DNA of 64,000 nt, taken from positions 54,560,001 to 54,624,000 of the forward strand of contig NC_043010.1 of the NCBI RefSeq assembly GCF_006345805.1, in the 5' to 3' direction. The notes under the pieces are model-generated. The model searched no databases and was not told the origin of the DNA. It was given only the letters and a program-made list of their open reading frames with translations. Shown here piece after piece: positions 23,909-37,060 of this stretch; position 1 is the stretch's first letter, and the number at the start of each line of letters is the position of its first letter. The translations under genes were made by a program, and so were the position numbers. This DNA is from Octopus sinensis. Taxonomy: Eukaryota.

Positions 23909-24211
23909 TGTTTGTTCCTTCTCAAGCCACGCCTGGCTCATAGGGCCGGTTTCCCGGTTTCATCTTGGCGTATAGGTTCCCCACCTGGACGGGACGCCGG
24001 TCCGTCGCAGGTAAGCTGCAAGATGCAGGAGGAAAGAGTGAGAGAAAGTTGTGGCGAAAGAGTCAGCAGAAGTTCGCCATTATCCTCTGCCGGTGCCGAG
24101 TGGAGCATAGGTGTTTCGCTCATAAACACACATCGCCCGGTCTGAGATTTGAACCCACGATCCCAAGCCCGCTAGTCCGCTGCTCTAACCACTAGGCCAT
24201 GTGCCTCCACC
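23909..24211 (-). mobile_element. SINE family C, tail type 3, with 12-bp TSD
   Basis: tRNA-like head gtggaggcacatggcctagtgg..ggttcaaatct; TSD cctaagtcgtat at 23897-23908 and 24212-24223. Confidence 0.9.
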
Positions 24212-24852
24212 CCTAAGTCGTATACTCGTGCATTATTATTGAGAATTTTTGCCGTTGATTTAACATGTAGGGTAACCATGTAAATTCTGTCACGTTGACT
24301 CCCTATGTTTCCTCCGAATCATAATGCTCCTTCATATTTTGTTACACGACTTGAATTTAGGCAAAACTGCATTCTTTTATACGTGTGGGGTAACAATATA
24401 AATGTTATCTCATTGACGCATTTCCTCCAAAACATGGTGCTCATTAATATTTTGATTACACGCCTCGTGCTTGGGCAAAAAAGTATTCTTGTATACCTTA
24501 ATCTATATCTGTTTGAAACATTTAGTCACGAAATCGACTTCATTACAGATCATTGCAATCTGTTGCATATTGTGCAAAATCTTTGTTTCTAGTCAGTTAA
24601 TTATTGCGCATGTAATCGCAGGAACACTTCATCTCAAAACGATGACAGGCAACCATATACCGTTCGCACATACAACAGACTGTTTAGAGAAGAACATAAG
24701 CATGGGATTTGGGGGCTTCTTCATAGCACAACTTTGAAGCGGATGGCTGCGAGGCGTTTTTCAACACTACACAGGTATAACTGTGTTTATACTTGCGTGT
24801 GTGTACTATTTTATATATATAAATAAATATATATATATATCCCATTTTGTAT

Positions 24853-24883
<31 letters not shown>

Positions 24884-25348
24884 ATGTGTGTGTGTGTGTG
24901 TATGTGTGAGTGTGTGTGTGTGTGCATAGAGGTATACACACAAATTTACGCACACAGACATATTTGGTTGTGTATATATATTTATACGTTATTCAATACC
25001 ATTTCAGTTAATATAGGAACTGAGAGAATATTCAAAATTTCGACTCCCACATTCGAAACTGCATTACAGTAGAGCAATATAAGCAGAATGTCTTGGACAT
25101 TGAAAAATATAAAAGCTGCATTCCAGAAGTTAGGAAACATTTTAGGTATAGGCAGTTATGATTGTCCTGGGACACTGTAATTTCAATAGATCATTACACT
25201 TCACCTGCCAACCATTGCTATTCCAAATTAAACGAAACGGCTTGAACACTAATTTATTCATGCCCTGCTAAACGCTGATTGTCACAGCTAACTAGTTTAC
25301 GCATGTAGCCAGGAGTTTTAGAAGCTCACTATGCAATATGGTGCAGAA

Positions 25349-25590
25349 GGAAAATTGCTCCAGACTGCTTATGGTTTAATATTTCTGTGGGACAGGAGGT
25401 TCACGTACGATAAAGAAGATTTGTGCGATGCTGAGAGTGAACGTGGAACTTCATACTTTTTTGGTTGAAGAATATTATATAAACAATATGTTTACAGTTT
25501 AGAGTTTGTGTGGCATCTATACACAGAATTATTCGGCAAGTTCTGCACATGCGCAAAATTTTTGAAGTGTTTCTTTCCAAAGGCTTGCTG
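25349..25590 (+). mobile_element. Old mariner transposase N-terminal relic
   Basis: LLQTAYG..IFLWDRRF..KEDLCDAESERGTS and IHRIIRQVLHMRKI resemble the mariner HTH and pre-WVP regions. Confidence 0.55.
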
Positions 25591-26113
25591 ATGCGCATCC
25601 TGCTTTCCAGCATTTTGATACAGATGGGCAACAAAATTACCCCTCACTCTACATTTGATCCAGGCCTCCAAACTGAAATAGAACCTCAAAAGTAGTCGCT
25701 TAAAAGGTGAAGGATAGTGTATGAAAGAGCCTGGGCGCATTTATTTTGCAGGACTTCAAATTGGAGCCTTTGCGAAGTGGTTGGGGGTGTTACAAATTCC
25801 TCACTTCGGTGAGGATATAATTTTGTATGTTTTGAAATAATTTCTCTCGGTGTACTGTTGTGTTTTTGGACTTACTTTAAGTATTATATCACAATGGTGC
25901 TTGAGTTCTCACAGTTACCGATTTCTAAGGCTTTTGGCAAAAGGTAACATGCTTAACAGGCCTATATGATTATTAATGCTAGGTTTTGCCAGTGAATGTT
26001 TCTTACCTAACTCGTTTTTCTTGATAATATTAGAGTAAAACATCCAAGAACGTATTGGTTTGAAACTTTGGAACAATGTGAGCAAGTTCGGGAAGAACTG
26101 CTTGGTGGATTGC

Positions 26114-26270
26114 ATCGATCCCAGCGCTGAATTTCTCCTTATTTTATCGATCCAGAAAGGATAAAAGTTAAGTCAAACTCGGCGGAATTTGAACTCAGAA
26201 CGTAAAGCTCGATCAAATCGCGCTAAACACTTTACTCGGCGTGCCACGATATTCTGCCACGACGCCGCCT
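26114..26270 (-). mobile_element. Degenerate SINE family A
   Basis: cggcggaatttgaactcagaacgtaaa..ctgccacgacgccgcc. Confidence 0.8.
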
Positions 26271-27184
26271 TACAACGAAGCATATATTAATATGTTTTTT
26301 AGTATTTTCTGCTCAGCTTCATATAATTAATTGATAAGAAACATATACAATTCTATAGTCATATTTTATAAAAAGTATCACAAATAAAACCTGAACACAG
26401 AATTGAAATAGAACATAAAGAGGAAATGAATTTTATGATGTTTTTATACCTTTGGTCGGCCTTCGCCTTATCGCATATTGAAAATCTTAGTTATGTCTCT
26501 ATTCAGCTTACATTGTAATTGATTCATAGCAAATTCTAATGCTGAGATAATGAATAGATAAAATATAAATTTTTCGAACATGCACTGCTCTTACATACTT
26601 TTTTATTCCTAATTTCCATTTATTAATTTGCATCAAATCAAATAGTCGTAATTCAGTTCCATGATATTGAAATTATATTTCAGTTGAAATAATTGCATCC
26701 ACCCGATGTATTACTCTGATAGCTTTCAGTGTAACAAAATGCACCAGTTTCGGAAATAGAATATTGAAATCCGACTTAAAATGTGAAATCTCAATGAAAC
26801 ATTTATTTAATGACGATTTTACAGCATCTGATATTGGTAATATTTTCAGTACATGGAGCAAAATCGAGAAAGTAATTTCATTAATAAAACGCACGTAAAA
26901 TAAAAAAGAACACCTGATGCGTCAGCTTTAGGAAAATCAATAGTGAAAAAATATCCTAAATTATTAAATATGCCGACTACTCGCAAATATTGCCTAAAAG
27001 TCGTATGGTTTAACATTCCGTGCCCTTCGGTACATAAGCGATACATCTCGGAAAAACCTTAGGATGACCCCCCGAACAGCATGAACTACGTTTGGTAAAT
27101 ATAAACCATCTGTTGGTCATATATGTGTGTGCCTAGAAATATATATATAGGCATACATATGTACATACCTATGTGTATATATAT

Positions 27185-27234
<50 letters not shown>

Positions 27235-27252
27235 ATATAAACATAACGATGT

Positions 27253-27292
27253 AAGAAATTTGAAAAGCTGAACGTGAAACCGGTCATTTCTT
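27253..27292 (+). ncRNA. Minimal type I hammerhead-like motif H4 with compensatory U3-A8 core
   Basis: AAGAAAT-TTGAAAA-gctgaacgt-GAA-ACCGGT-C-ATTTCTT; perfect 7-bp helix I, palindromic helix III, canonical GUC triplet; helix II only ~2 bp. Confidence 0.6.
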
Positions 27293-27453
27293 CAAAAATT
27301 ATGTCATTGTAGGAAAAAAAATTATAACAATCTTCAGACATAATGACTCAAATATATATTTTTTAACCTTTTAAAACAAGCCTTCTGTAGTTTATTCACT
27401 TTTTACTATTTTCTATATATTCAACCACGTGCTTTCACACACCAACTTTCTCA

Positions 27454-27493
<40 letters not shown>

Positions 27494-28559
27494 TGCATAT
27501 ATGGGTACAGGATGCCACAAAAACGTAAACAAGCATGAAATACGCAAAAAAAACAGAGAAAAGAATGGAAAATAAGACAAGGAACAAAAAAGCTGCTCTT
27601 CATCAGTTGTCGGCTGTCCTTCGGCTCCTTATTTCGAGCAATCAAACGACACCATAGTACTTTGAAGGCAGTTGCCCCTGTGAACCGAAATTTTTTTAAA
27701 AAGGGGTAACAAAAACAGGACATACAATGCATGCAATAGAAAAGCTTCAAATCAGGCAGACTATGATTAACACATACCTATGCGGGTTTAATTAAGATAA
27801 TATAGGAATTGTCAATTATGAACCATATATTGATATATAAGATATAAAAATATACATGGTCATAAAGATATGTAAACATAATAATAACAGAATATAGATA
27901 CAGAGAATGAAATATAGAAAAAAGACATTTTAAAATACAATATGAAGTAATAGGCACTAAAAAGAGCTTTGGGAAAAATGTTAGAGGAAAATAAGATGCT
28001 CCAACGATTGTTCCAGGGATAAAGTCGTGCAGATTACATATGAAACTTAAGATTCATATCCACAGAATATCCCTATCATCAAGTGAAAAATAGTGTTTAA
28101 ACTAAATATGGATTTAGTTCTTTACAAGGTATACGATAATTTGATTCTTTATAGAAGAGCCGATAAAGCTATGTAAATTACAGAGGTTTTTATTAGGGCT
28201 GATGGGAGAAACATTAGATTGTTTACTGATTTTCTGAAAATTTATATTTGTATTGGTGATATATTTTTGTGCAACAGAAAATATTGCTAAGTGGGTTCGA
28301 ATTTGAATCGTCTCATGAAAGTTGCATAGAATCTATGGTTGCAGAAATGAATAGCGTCAGAAGACTTATTTAAAACGGTGGAATTAAAGATGTGAAACAT
28401 AATGTATGATACCTTTATACACAATCGACATTTGCAGTAATCTTATAATATGGTGGGGCCTCATATATAGATATGTAAATATAATAATTATACGATGCTA
28501 AATTCAAACATCCTAATGAAAAAGACAATGATAATTTAAAACCCTCCCTCAAACCCACC

Positions 28560-29965
28560 GTTGGTTAATTTCGAAAAACAAATTTGATGCCTCTCATAAA
28601 AATCTTCAAGTTCTCTACACGTGCTCTGTGACAAAACGGGAAAAAATTATTCAATGTGGTGAGATACCTATCATAACCTTATTTTGAAAGAATTAAATAC
28701 CAACTATAAATAGGCAAAGGATACGGCACTCGTAGATATTAATAAACTACACTATAAACTCATCTCAAGTTTGTACCTACAAGACAGGACTGAACAATAC
28801 GTACCAAGAACCTACTTACCTTACATTAAAAGATCATATAAATAACTCCCATTAGAAACCATCTCTCAGACTTATATGTCCTGCGAAATTTCATTTGGGT
28901 AAAAATTTGCAAATCCATATTGGACAGAATAATACCAGTGGTCAAAGGTAATGTTAAACCGCCTCTATGGAATTCAACTGGGGATGTAATAACATGTTCC
29001 ATTGCCTCCCGAGCAAGCAGAATACTCGTTTTATACAATTTTAAATTTCGAACTATTATGCCACTATTATCTCCCCTCGATTATTACTTCAATATCACTA
29101 TGGGTCTGTCAGATTAAGTCCAGCTGACAGACCTTGTGTGTCTGCATCTCCTGTTTAAAATCAAGGAAGGCATTTCCAAACGTTTCTGGTGGGCTGTATA
29201 GGGACAACACACCCTTGACAGTAAATGGTTTATCTAAACCGGAGACTGAGCGAATACAGAAGTCATTATGAAAATTCCTTTTGAATTTCTTTAATCTCAA
29301 TATTGTATTTGAGTGTGACACAAAAATCGCCAACTTTTTAGATGTCACGCTTAATTTAAACACTATATTATATTATCCATACAGCGAACAAAACCAGACA
29401 TTACAGTATATAAAATTTTCTTCCAATACTTAAGCATTGATAGTATTATCACGGCTGGATAATCTAACTTATCAGAGAACAAGTAGATTTTTAAGACACA
29501 CGCACCAATTTATAATCATGCCCTAACATTAAGCGGCTTTCATGACCATATCTTCAACATCACGGACGCCAAACTCAAAACATAATTAGCTGATTTAACA
29601 CCTCATAGTAATTCTAATTCGACTAAAATCATCTACTCCTTGAATTATAAACCTATAAGAAAACTTGGTATTAACTGTATTCAATTTTATGATCGCAATG
29701 CCAGTAATCGTAATAAATATAGTCCCTCTGTATCTGAACACTGATGAGGTAACACCCTTCAAATCTAAGGAAAGACAAATTATTTGATTTGCCCCACCAT
29801 TTCATCTCAGAGTAAAAAATCTACCAAAACATCCCTACAAAATTCATAAACTGAATTTTCCGAAGCACCATAAATACTACCCTATGTTTAATAAACGTTA
29901 TTTACAATAATCTTACTTTACCACGCGTAATTCGGGTTCAATTATCGCATCTACAAACAGAAATG
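28560..29965 (+). pseudogene. Decayed Penelope-like element reverse transcriptase region
   Basis: Hand translation across stops and frameshifts: CDKTG, YLTLKDH..LRLICPAK..GK.CKSILD, FNITMG, GLYRDN (YRDD motif), IANFLDVTLNLNT..YPY, APIYNHAL..SGF, RQII*FAPPF; internal deletion near 29040-29080. Confidence 0.85.
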
Positions 29966-30145
29966 AGTTCCAACTACTAACAACTTTACCTTGGGAAACG
30001 AATCTGTTCTTTATGACGTGTACTTCTCCGTATAGGTCATGTCATTATTTGGCCTGACGGAAAAGGATGATGCTATTTCAAGGTTTTCACGACAAAAGAA
30101 ATTTACCACCCACGATTAAACAATGAATTTATATTAGTTTATGCA

Positions 30146-30367
30146 CGAAAGGCGGCGAGCTGGCAGAAACGTTAGCACGCGGGGCGAAATGCGTAGCCGT
30201 TACGTTCTGAGTTCAAATTCCGTCGAGGTCGACTTTGCCTTTCATCCTTTCGGGGTCGATAAATTAAGTACCAGTTACGCACTGGGATCGATGTAAAGGA
30301 CTTAATCCGTTTGTCTGTCCTTGTTTGTCCTCTCTGTGTTTAGCCCCTTGTAGGTAGTAAAGAAATA
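30146..30367 (+). mobile_element. SINE family A, near full length, with 16-bp TSD
   Basis: A box tggcagaaacg, B box gagttcaaattcc, gcctttcatcctttcggggtcgataaa domain; TSD tatattagtttatgca at 30130-30145 and 30368-30383. Confidence 0.95.
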
Positions 30368-30999
30368 TATATTAGTTTATGCAATCATTGCACGCTGGTT
30401 TTATATAGCGTCTTGCTATGGCAAACATAGTATTACATTTGTAATGATGGTGACCTATTTAGGATATAGCAAATGCGATTTTTACTAGGATTTGTCCCAG
30501 TGTAATAAAGTGTCACTACCACATTCATACACCATTTACAGATTCATCGAGAAATTTTTTGAAGGAAGAGAGAATTATAATTGACGACGAAATATGGGCC
30601 CTTACAATTTCCTTAACATTTTTCAGTACAATTCCAGACTTCAAACAGCAGACAGTAAACAAACTGTTCTCAAATTTAACGAACCACTCCTAGAATATGC
30701 ACGAATTTTTTCCTGAATATAGCATATTTTTTTATTCTGCTTTTATATCAACTATCATTTAATTTCACACACTTGTCTAAAGGTTTGTAGAAACGGATAC
30801 TCTATAGTATGATTCGTATCGCGACTAAGGATGGGGAGTTTGAAATTCGAATAGCAAGGTATGAGGTGCCAGCTGCATAGAATTAATTATACACACACAC
30901 ACAGACACACACGCACGCGCCCACATGTATCTATCTACCTATAAGAGACTATGTACATATGTATGTCTGTATACACATAGAGAGAGAGGAATAGAGAGC

Positions 31000-31083
<84 letters not shown>

Positions 31084-31194
31084 CACGCATATATAAATAC
31101 ATATATATATACATATATAAATATATATATATATAATATATATATATGTATGTCTGTATACATAGAGAGAGACAGACAGACAGAGAGAATTATA

Positions 31195-31241
<47 letters not shown>

Positions 31242-31354
31242 TGTATATATATATATATATACATACATACACACATATTTAAATATATATATATATATAT
31301 ATACGCATCTATATATGCACACACACACACACACGTATATATATATATGTATAA

Positions 31355-31387
<33 letters not shown>

Positions 31388-34006
31388 CATGTATATATTA
31401 GTGTGTCTTCGCATCTGTGTGTATAAGTCTTGATGCATTGTCTTAATTAAAGAGAAAAAAAATAACATAACAAAAGCAAATCATAGTAATCTATCTTCTT
31501 ATAAAGCTTCTATGTCCTTCTGTAAATCAAACTCATGACATTGAAAAGACTTTATATTTCGAAGAAAAAAAAATTATATAAATATATAAAATAAAAATGC
31601 ATAACTTATAGAATATCGAAATACATTTTCGAACGATAAGAATGTTTGTGTTTTGTTATATACTACTGTTTGTTTTTCTTTTAGATATGAGAGGATTTAC
31701 ATATATATTCGGTATTCGTTTTGTTGCATTCTGTCTAAGCTTCGAGATTTGCTAATGTGTTGAAAAGTAAACATCGTTTGTTTTGTTTGTATATATGCCT
31801 GTGATTAAGGCGATTTAAAATGTAATTTATATTGATAATGGCACAGAAACCTTACACAAATGTTAAAAAACGATTTACTCCAATGTATATTCTTGTAACA
31901 GATGTCTGATAATTTTAAAAGTTTGGTTTTGTATTTTTTTTTTGCTTTGCTTTTTAGCGAAAAACAAAAATAGAAATATTTAGAAAGCGCATCTCTGATT
32001 TAAATATATATATTTTGATATTAATAATGATTTCCAGCGAATTAGTGATAAAACAAAAAATTTCTAACATGTTGAAATGTTTTACAACATTAAAAATTAA
32101 ATGATAAACTTAAATAACGCTACATAATTATTTTAATTAAGATGATGATGGTGATGATAAGAATTGTAAAGACTGGAAAACAGTAACAGTAATAAATTTG
32201 CATCAGTCACAAGGCCTCAAGAATAGACGTTGAGGTAGGGGTCGCTGTCTTTAATGGCATTTACAAAATTAATACGCCTCTGCAAAATGATATTAAAACA
32301 ATTATACATGACATAAATTGAAAGTAAATAAGGAAAAAAAAGCGGCGATGACCTTAACAACATTATAAAAGCACAAAATAATTAAGGCCAATTATAACAG
32401 ACAGTTGAATTCCCTGTTTTCCACTTAAATTCACCCGCTCACAGGTGGCCAAATATCCGCATGCAAGACTGTGTCTGTCATTCTGTCTTATCGTACTGTG
32501 ATTAGCTTTATACGTATATACTCATCTAACTGCATTTTGGCGAAGGTTACATTAGGATTACTCCTGCGTGTCAGAAGTCAAATTTCTTGCATCAATTTCT
32601 GGGGATTCATTTTCAAATATTCTTTAAAATTTGACTTCCGAATGTATTTTGCCTACATATACAAAGATCATCTAATATACATATGTGCTCCATTTTAAAT
32701 TTCCTTTAGCGCTGTGACCAACATAAACTATTCCTAAATTGGTGGAAACTACTTAAGCATTTCCATCGTCTTTTGTGGCATTTCCAGATCAGCAAGGAAG
32801 CAACGTCAGACAGCTGTAGTATCTTATCCGCTTATGTGATTGTGGACTAGAGAGATACCAATATCCAGATATCCAATGCAATAAGATTTAAGTCAATCAA
32901 ATTACCGTAATGAGGGATGTACCTTCTATGAAGATAAGAATCTCACCAATAACACGGAATTCATACCTCGTAAATATGCACTCATTTTGGTAACTTGATG
33001 AAATAGTTATTACATATACGTAATACATAAGTTGACCTTACGTGCGCATTAAACAATGACGCTTGTGATTGCATTTAAGACGTTAAAATATTGCGATACA
33101 GTTTTGATACCTTAAGACAAAATACGACACTTAAATATGCACAGACTAACCGACATTCATGTTGACAAGGGCATACACTCAGATACATACACAAATAAAA
33201 TATAATAAAAAGTGATATAATATAATCCTTACACCCATAACCCTATAATTATTTCGCAGTCGATTTTCTTAACTACTGCCAACACATTCGCTCTCTTTCT
33301 CTCCCGTTTCATTTCCTTTAGTCACTCTTTAAACATTATAGTATGCGCGCGTCTGTGTGCGCGCATTTTTTCGAGTGACCACGATATTTGTAGGATATAT
33401 CTAAAATTGTATGGTCTACATGTTATTTCAACTGATGACACACTTAGAGAAAAAAAAACTGTTAAACACACCTATGTTATTTTCTATATTATTCAGCACA
33501 TACTTGTTTAAAAGTAATAGTTTTTAACACAAGGATTATACGGGAAATCTAGACGGCGTTATATGCAAATTCTGTCGTAAAAAATATTAGCAAAGCAACC
33601 GAGAAATCTAGTTATAAGCTGTAATGTAATGATTATAATTCAGCGAACGAGAGCAGAAACCGAAGAGCTTAGACATGATATTAGCTATTTTCGAGGTTAT
33701 TTTCTTAATTACTTGATAATTATTCCTTACAATTGTAACATTAACAAACGGAAGAACGCGAAATATGCAAATTATGCCTTAAGGAAGATTAACCGAGAGA
33801 GAAACACATGTATTTATAGCTGATACCTTATTTCAATGGACTGTTTTTAATTAATCGATAATTATTTCTAATAATTAGATGATATAAATAATCCAGTCGT
33901 AAAATATGCAAATTCTGCTGCATAGTACGATCAGTGGACTTATTGAGGAATTTATTGGAAATACGTTAATATGGAGTAGTCTACTGTCTATCAGTGGAGA
34001 CATACG

Positions 34007-34240
34007 TATTTCTTTACTACCGACAAGGGGCTAAACAAAAAGAGGACAAACAAGGACAGACAAACTGATCAAGTCGATTACATCGACCCCAGTGCGTAAC
34101 CGGTACATAATTTATAGACCGCGAAATGATGAAAGGCAAAGTTGACCTCGGTGGAATTTGAACTCAGAACGTAACGGCAGACGAAATACGGCTACGCATT
34201 TTGCCCGGCGTGCTACCGCTTCTGCCAGCTCGCCGCCTTC
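34007..34240 (-). mobile_element. SINE family A, full length, with 13-bp TSD
   Basis: Reverse complement of family A; gtggagacatacg 33994-34006 vs gtggaaacatacg 34242-34254. Confidence 0.9.
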
Positions 34241-34880
34241 TGTGGAAACATACGGACGCACAGCTCCCTTCATTCCCGCCGCTTCGAGACTTACTTCGAA
34301 CATCATTTAGTACTCGGAGCTTAAGATTATTAGAAATGACAAAGAATATCATCCCTTTTAACTTATCAAAAACGTTGGGATTTAGGTTGGATATAATTTC
34401 TCAACAACATATATCTGTAATCGGATCAGTTATCCATTGACTCAACATATCGTTGCAAGCGAATACAATAATTTTACTGACACAGTACCGAGGGAGCAAT
34501 ACTTTCTCGAAGATCCAGTGTCAATTGATAGTAAATGATTGCAACTTCTTGTTCGATGCTCAAAGGCAATCCATGATGAGTGGCAAAACAGGCACCCTAC
34601 TTCCAGAAGACTTCGGACTAACCTGGCCACAGTCTAATATACATCTGAAGTAAGTTAACGAAAACGGATATATCTATTTATCTATCTATCTATGTGTATG
34701 TACGTGTGTGTGTGTATTTTTCTTTAACAAGAATTGTATTGGCTGTGAATATGAAATATCGGCCTGCTACACTCTCATAGGATTGTCATTCATCAAAGTT
34801 CTTCTTGGTTATCTTTATTCTCTGTCTTGTTCAAATATCCTGAGATAAGCTAAGATTTGTAGTATAGAAGACTGTATAGA

Positions 34881-35317
34881 AGACTGGGATCGATGTAATC
34901 GACTTAATCCGTTTGTCTGTCTTTGTTTGTCCCCTCTGTGGTTAGCCCTTTGTGAGTAGTAAAGAAATAGGTATTTCCTCTTTCTTTACTTTCTGAGTTC
35001 AAATTCCGCCGAGGTCGACTTTGCATTTCATCCTTTAGGAGTTGATTAAATAAGTATCAGTTACGCACTGGGGTCGATATAATCGACTTAATCCATTTGT
35101 CCTTGTTTTTCCCCTCTATGTTTATCCCCTTGTGGGTAGTAAAGAGATAAGAAACGTTAGTACACAGGGCGAAATGCATATCGGTATTTCGTCTACCTTT
35201 ACGTTCAGAGTTCAAATTGTGCCAAGGTTGATTTTGCCTTTCATCCTTCCGGCGTCGATACATTAAGTACCAGTTATGCACTGGAGTCGATCTAATCGAC
35301 TGACCCCTCCCCTCAAA
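34881..35317 (+). mobile_element. Tandem concatemer of three partial SINE A units
   Basis: Tail gtagtaaagaaata rejoins the internal ggtatttc (34964-34977) and then agaaacgttag (~35150). Confidence 0.85.
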
Positions 35318-35654
35318 ATATCGGTGATAATTTATATATGTTTCCCTCCATCTAAGAGATATTAGCACCAAGTAAACTTTAAATTATCCCTATCTGCTTT
35401 TCTCTCCAGTTCTATATTTAATCATTAAACACTCACACACGCACATACACTCATCCATATATATATAAATAGATGTGGAATCTATTGTGATACATAATAT
35501 CCGAATTACATAACGCGTAATATGCTTAGGCATCGCAAATGTAATGCATCCATAAGAAGATGTAGATATATTTCTACATCGTCTTCGTACGAGAACATAT
35601 AGAAACGCACACAAGCATATACACACACGCGCACGCACACCTCTGTAATACATA

Positions 35655-35796
<142 letters not shown>

Positions 35797-35813
35797 CATA
35801 TACATATACATAT

Positions 35814-35859
<46 letters not shown>

Positions 35860-36550
35860 ATATATAGGTATGTATGTTTATATATGTACATATGTATGCA
35901 CATGGATATGTTTATGCATTTCATGAGGAATTTTTCTTTTTCAGCTCATAGATAACGATGATTATGTTAACAATATATTGCGACTGTTCGTATATAGTGA
36001 TACACAACGATGTCTTTCACAGCGATGGAACCCCAGGACACAATCCACTAATACTTTTTAACAAACCAAATCCATTAGCACAAAGAAAATTCACATGAAC
36101 TAGTAAAAGTTAACATTTGAAAGAATGTAAGTAAAAAAAAAAGACATCAAATATTCGATATTACAAATATTACACTGGAGTCGTATCACCAAAAGTACTG
36201 AACAAATATGCTCGCAACAAAGAAATTTTGCCTTTTTTCATTCTGTAATGGATTTTGTTAGTCGTATATATTTCGAGGAAATAAAAGACCATATTCAACA
36301 TCTCTGTAATATACATGTATACACACCTTTACGTTTGACATGGGGTGTTTTAGTTTAGAAATACACAGAGTATTGCGTATGTAAATGTTCATCGTGCAGG
36401 CAAATATGTTCGCACACATACGAACGCGTACACACACACAGAAACATGCGCACGTACACAAAACACAAATATTTACATATATCATTATATATACATACAT
36501 ATATATATATATATACATATGCATATATATATACATACATGTATATATAT

Positions 36551-36608
<58 letters not shown>

Positions 36609-36620
36609 GTATATACATAT

Positions 36621-36859
36621 TACTCTTTTAATTTTACTTTTTTACATGTTTCAGTCATTTGACTGCGGCCATGCTGGAGCACCGCCTTTAGTCGAGCAAA
36701 TCAACCCCGGGACTTATAAGTACTGTAAGCCCAGTACTTATTCTATCGGTTCTTTTGCGGAACCGCTAAGTGACGGGGACGTAAACACACCAGCATCGGT
36801 TGTCAAGCAATGCTAGGGCGACAAACACACACACACAAACACACCACACACACACACAC

Positions 36860-36900
<41 letters not shown>

Positions 36901-37060
36901 GACAGGCTTCTTTCAGTTTCCGTCTACCAAATCCACTCACAAGGCATTGGTCGGCCCGGGGCTATAGCAGAAGACACTTGCCCAAGATGCCACGCAGTGG
37001 GACTGAACCCAGAACCATGTGGTTGGTTAGCAAGCTACTTACCACACAGCTACTCCTGCG

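Noticed and set aside
27545-27680. Minus-strand gctc-GAAA...cgacaa-CTGATGA-a-gagc
   Set aside because: Helix II can form, but the helix I partner (tgtcg) lies upstream of GAAA and no helix III/UH follows, so the topology is not a hammerhead. It may still be a PLE repeat remnant.
29744-29765. CTGATGA-ggt-aac-acc
   Set aside because: No GAAA follows the small stem, and it lies within the PLE coding relic.
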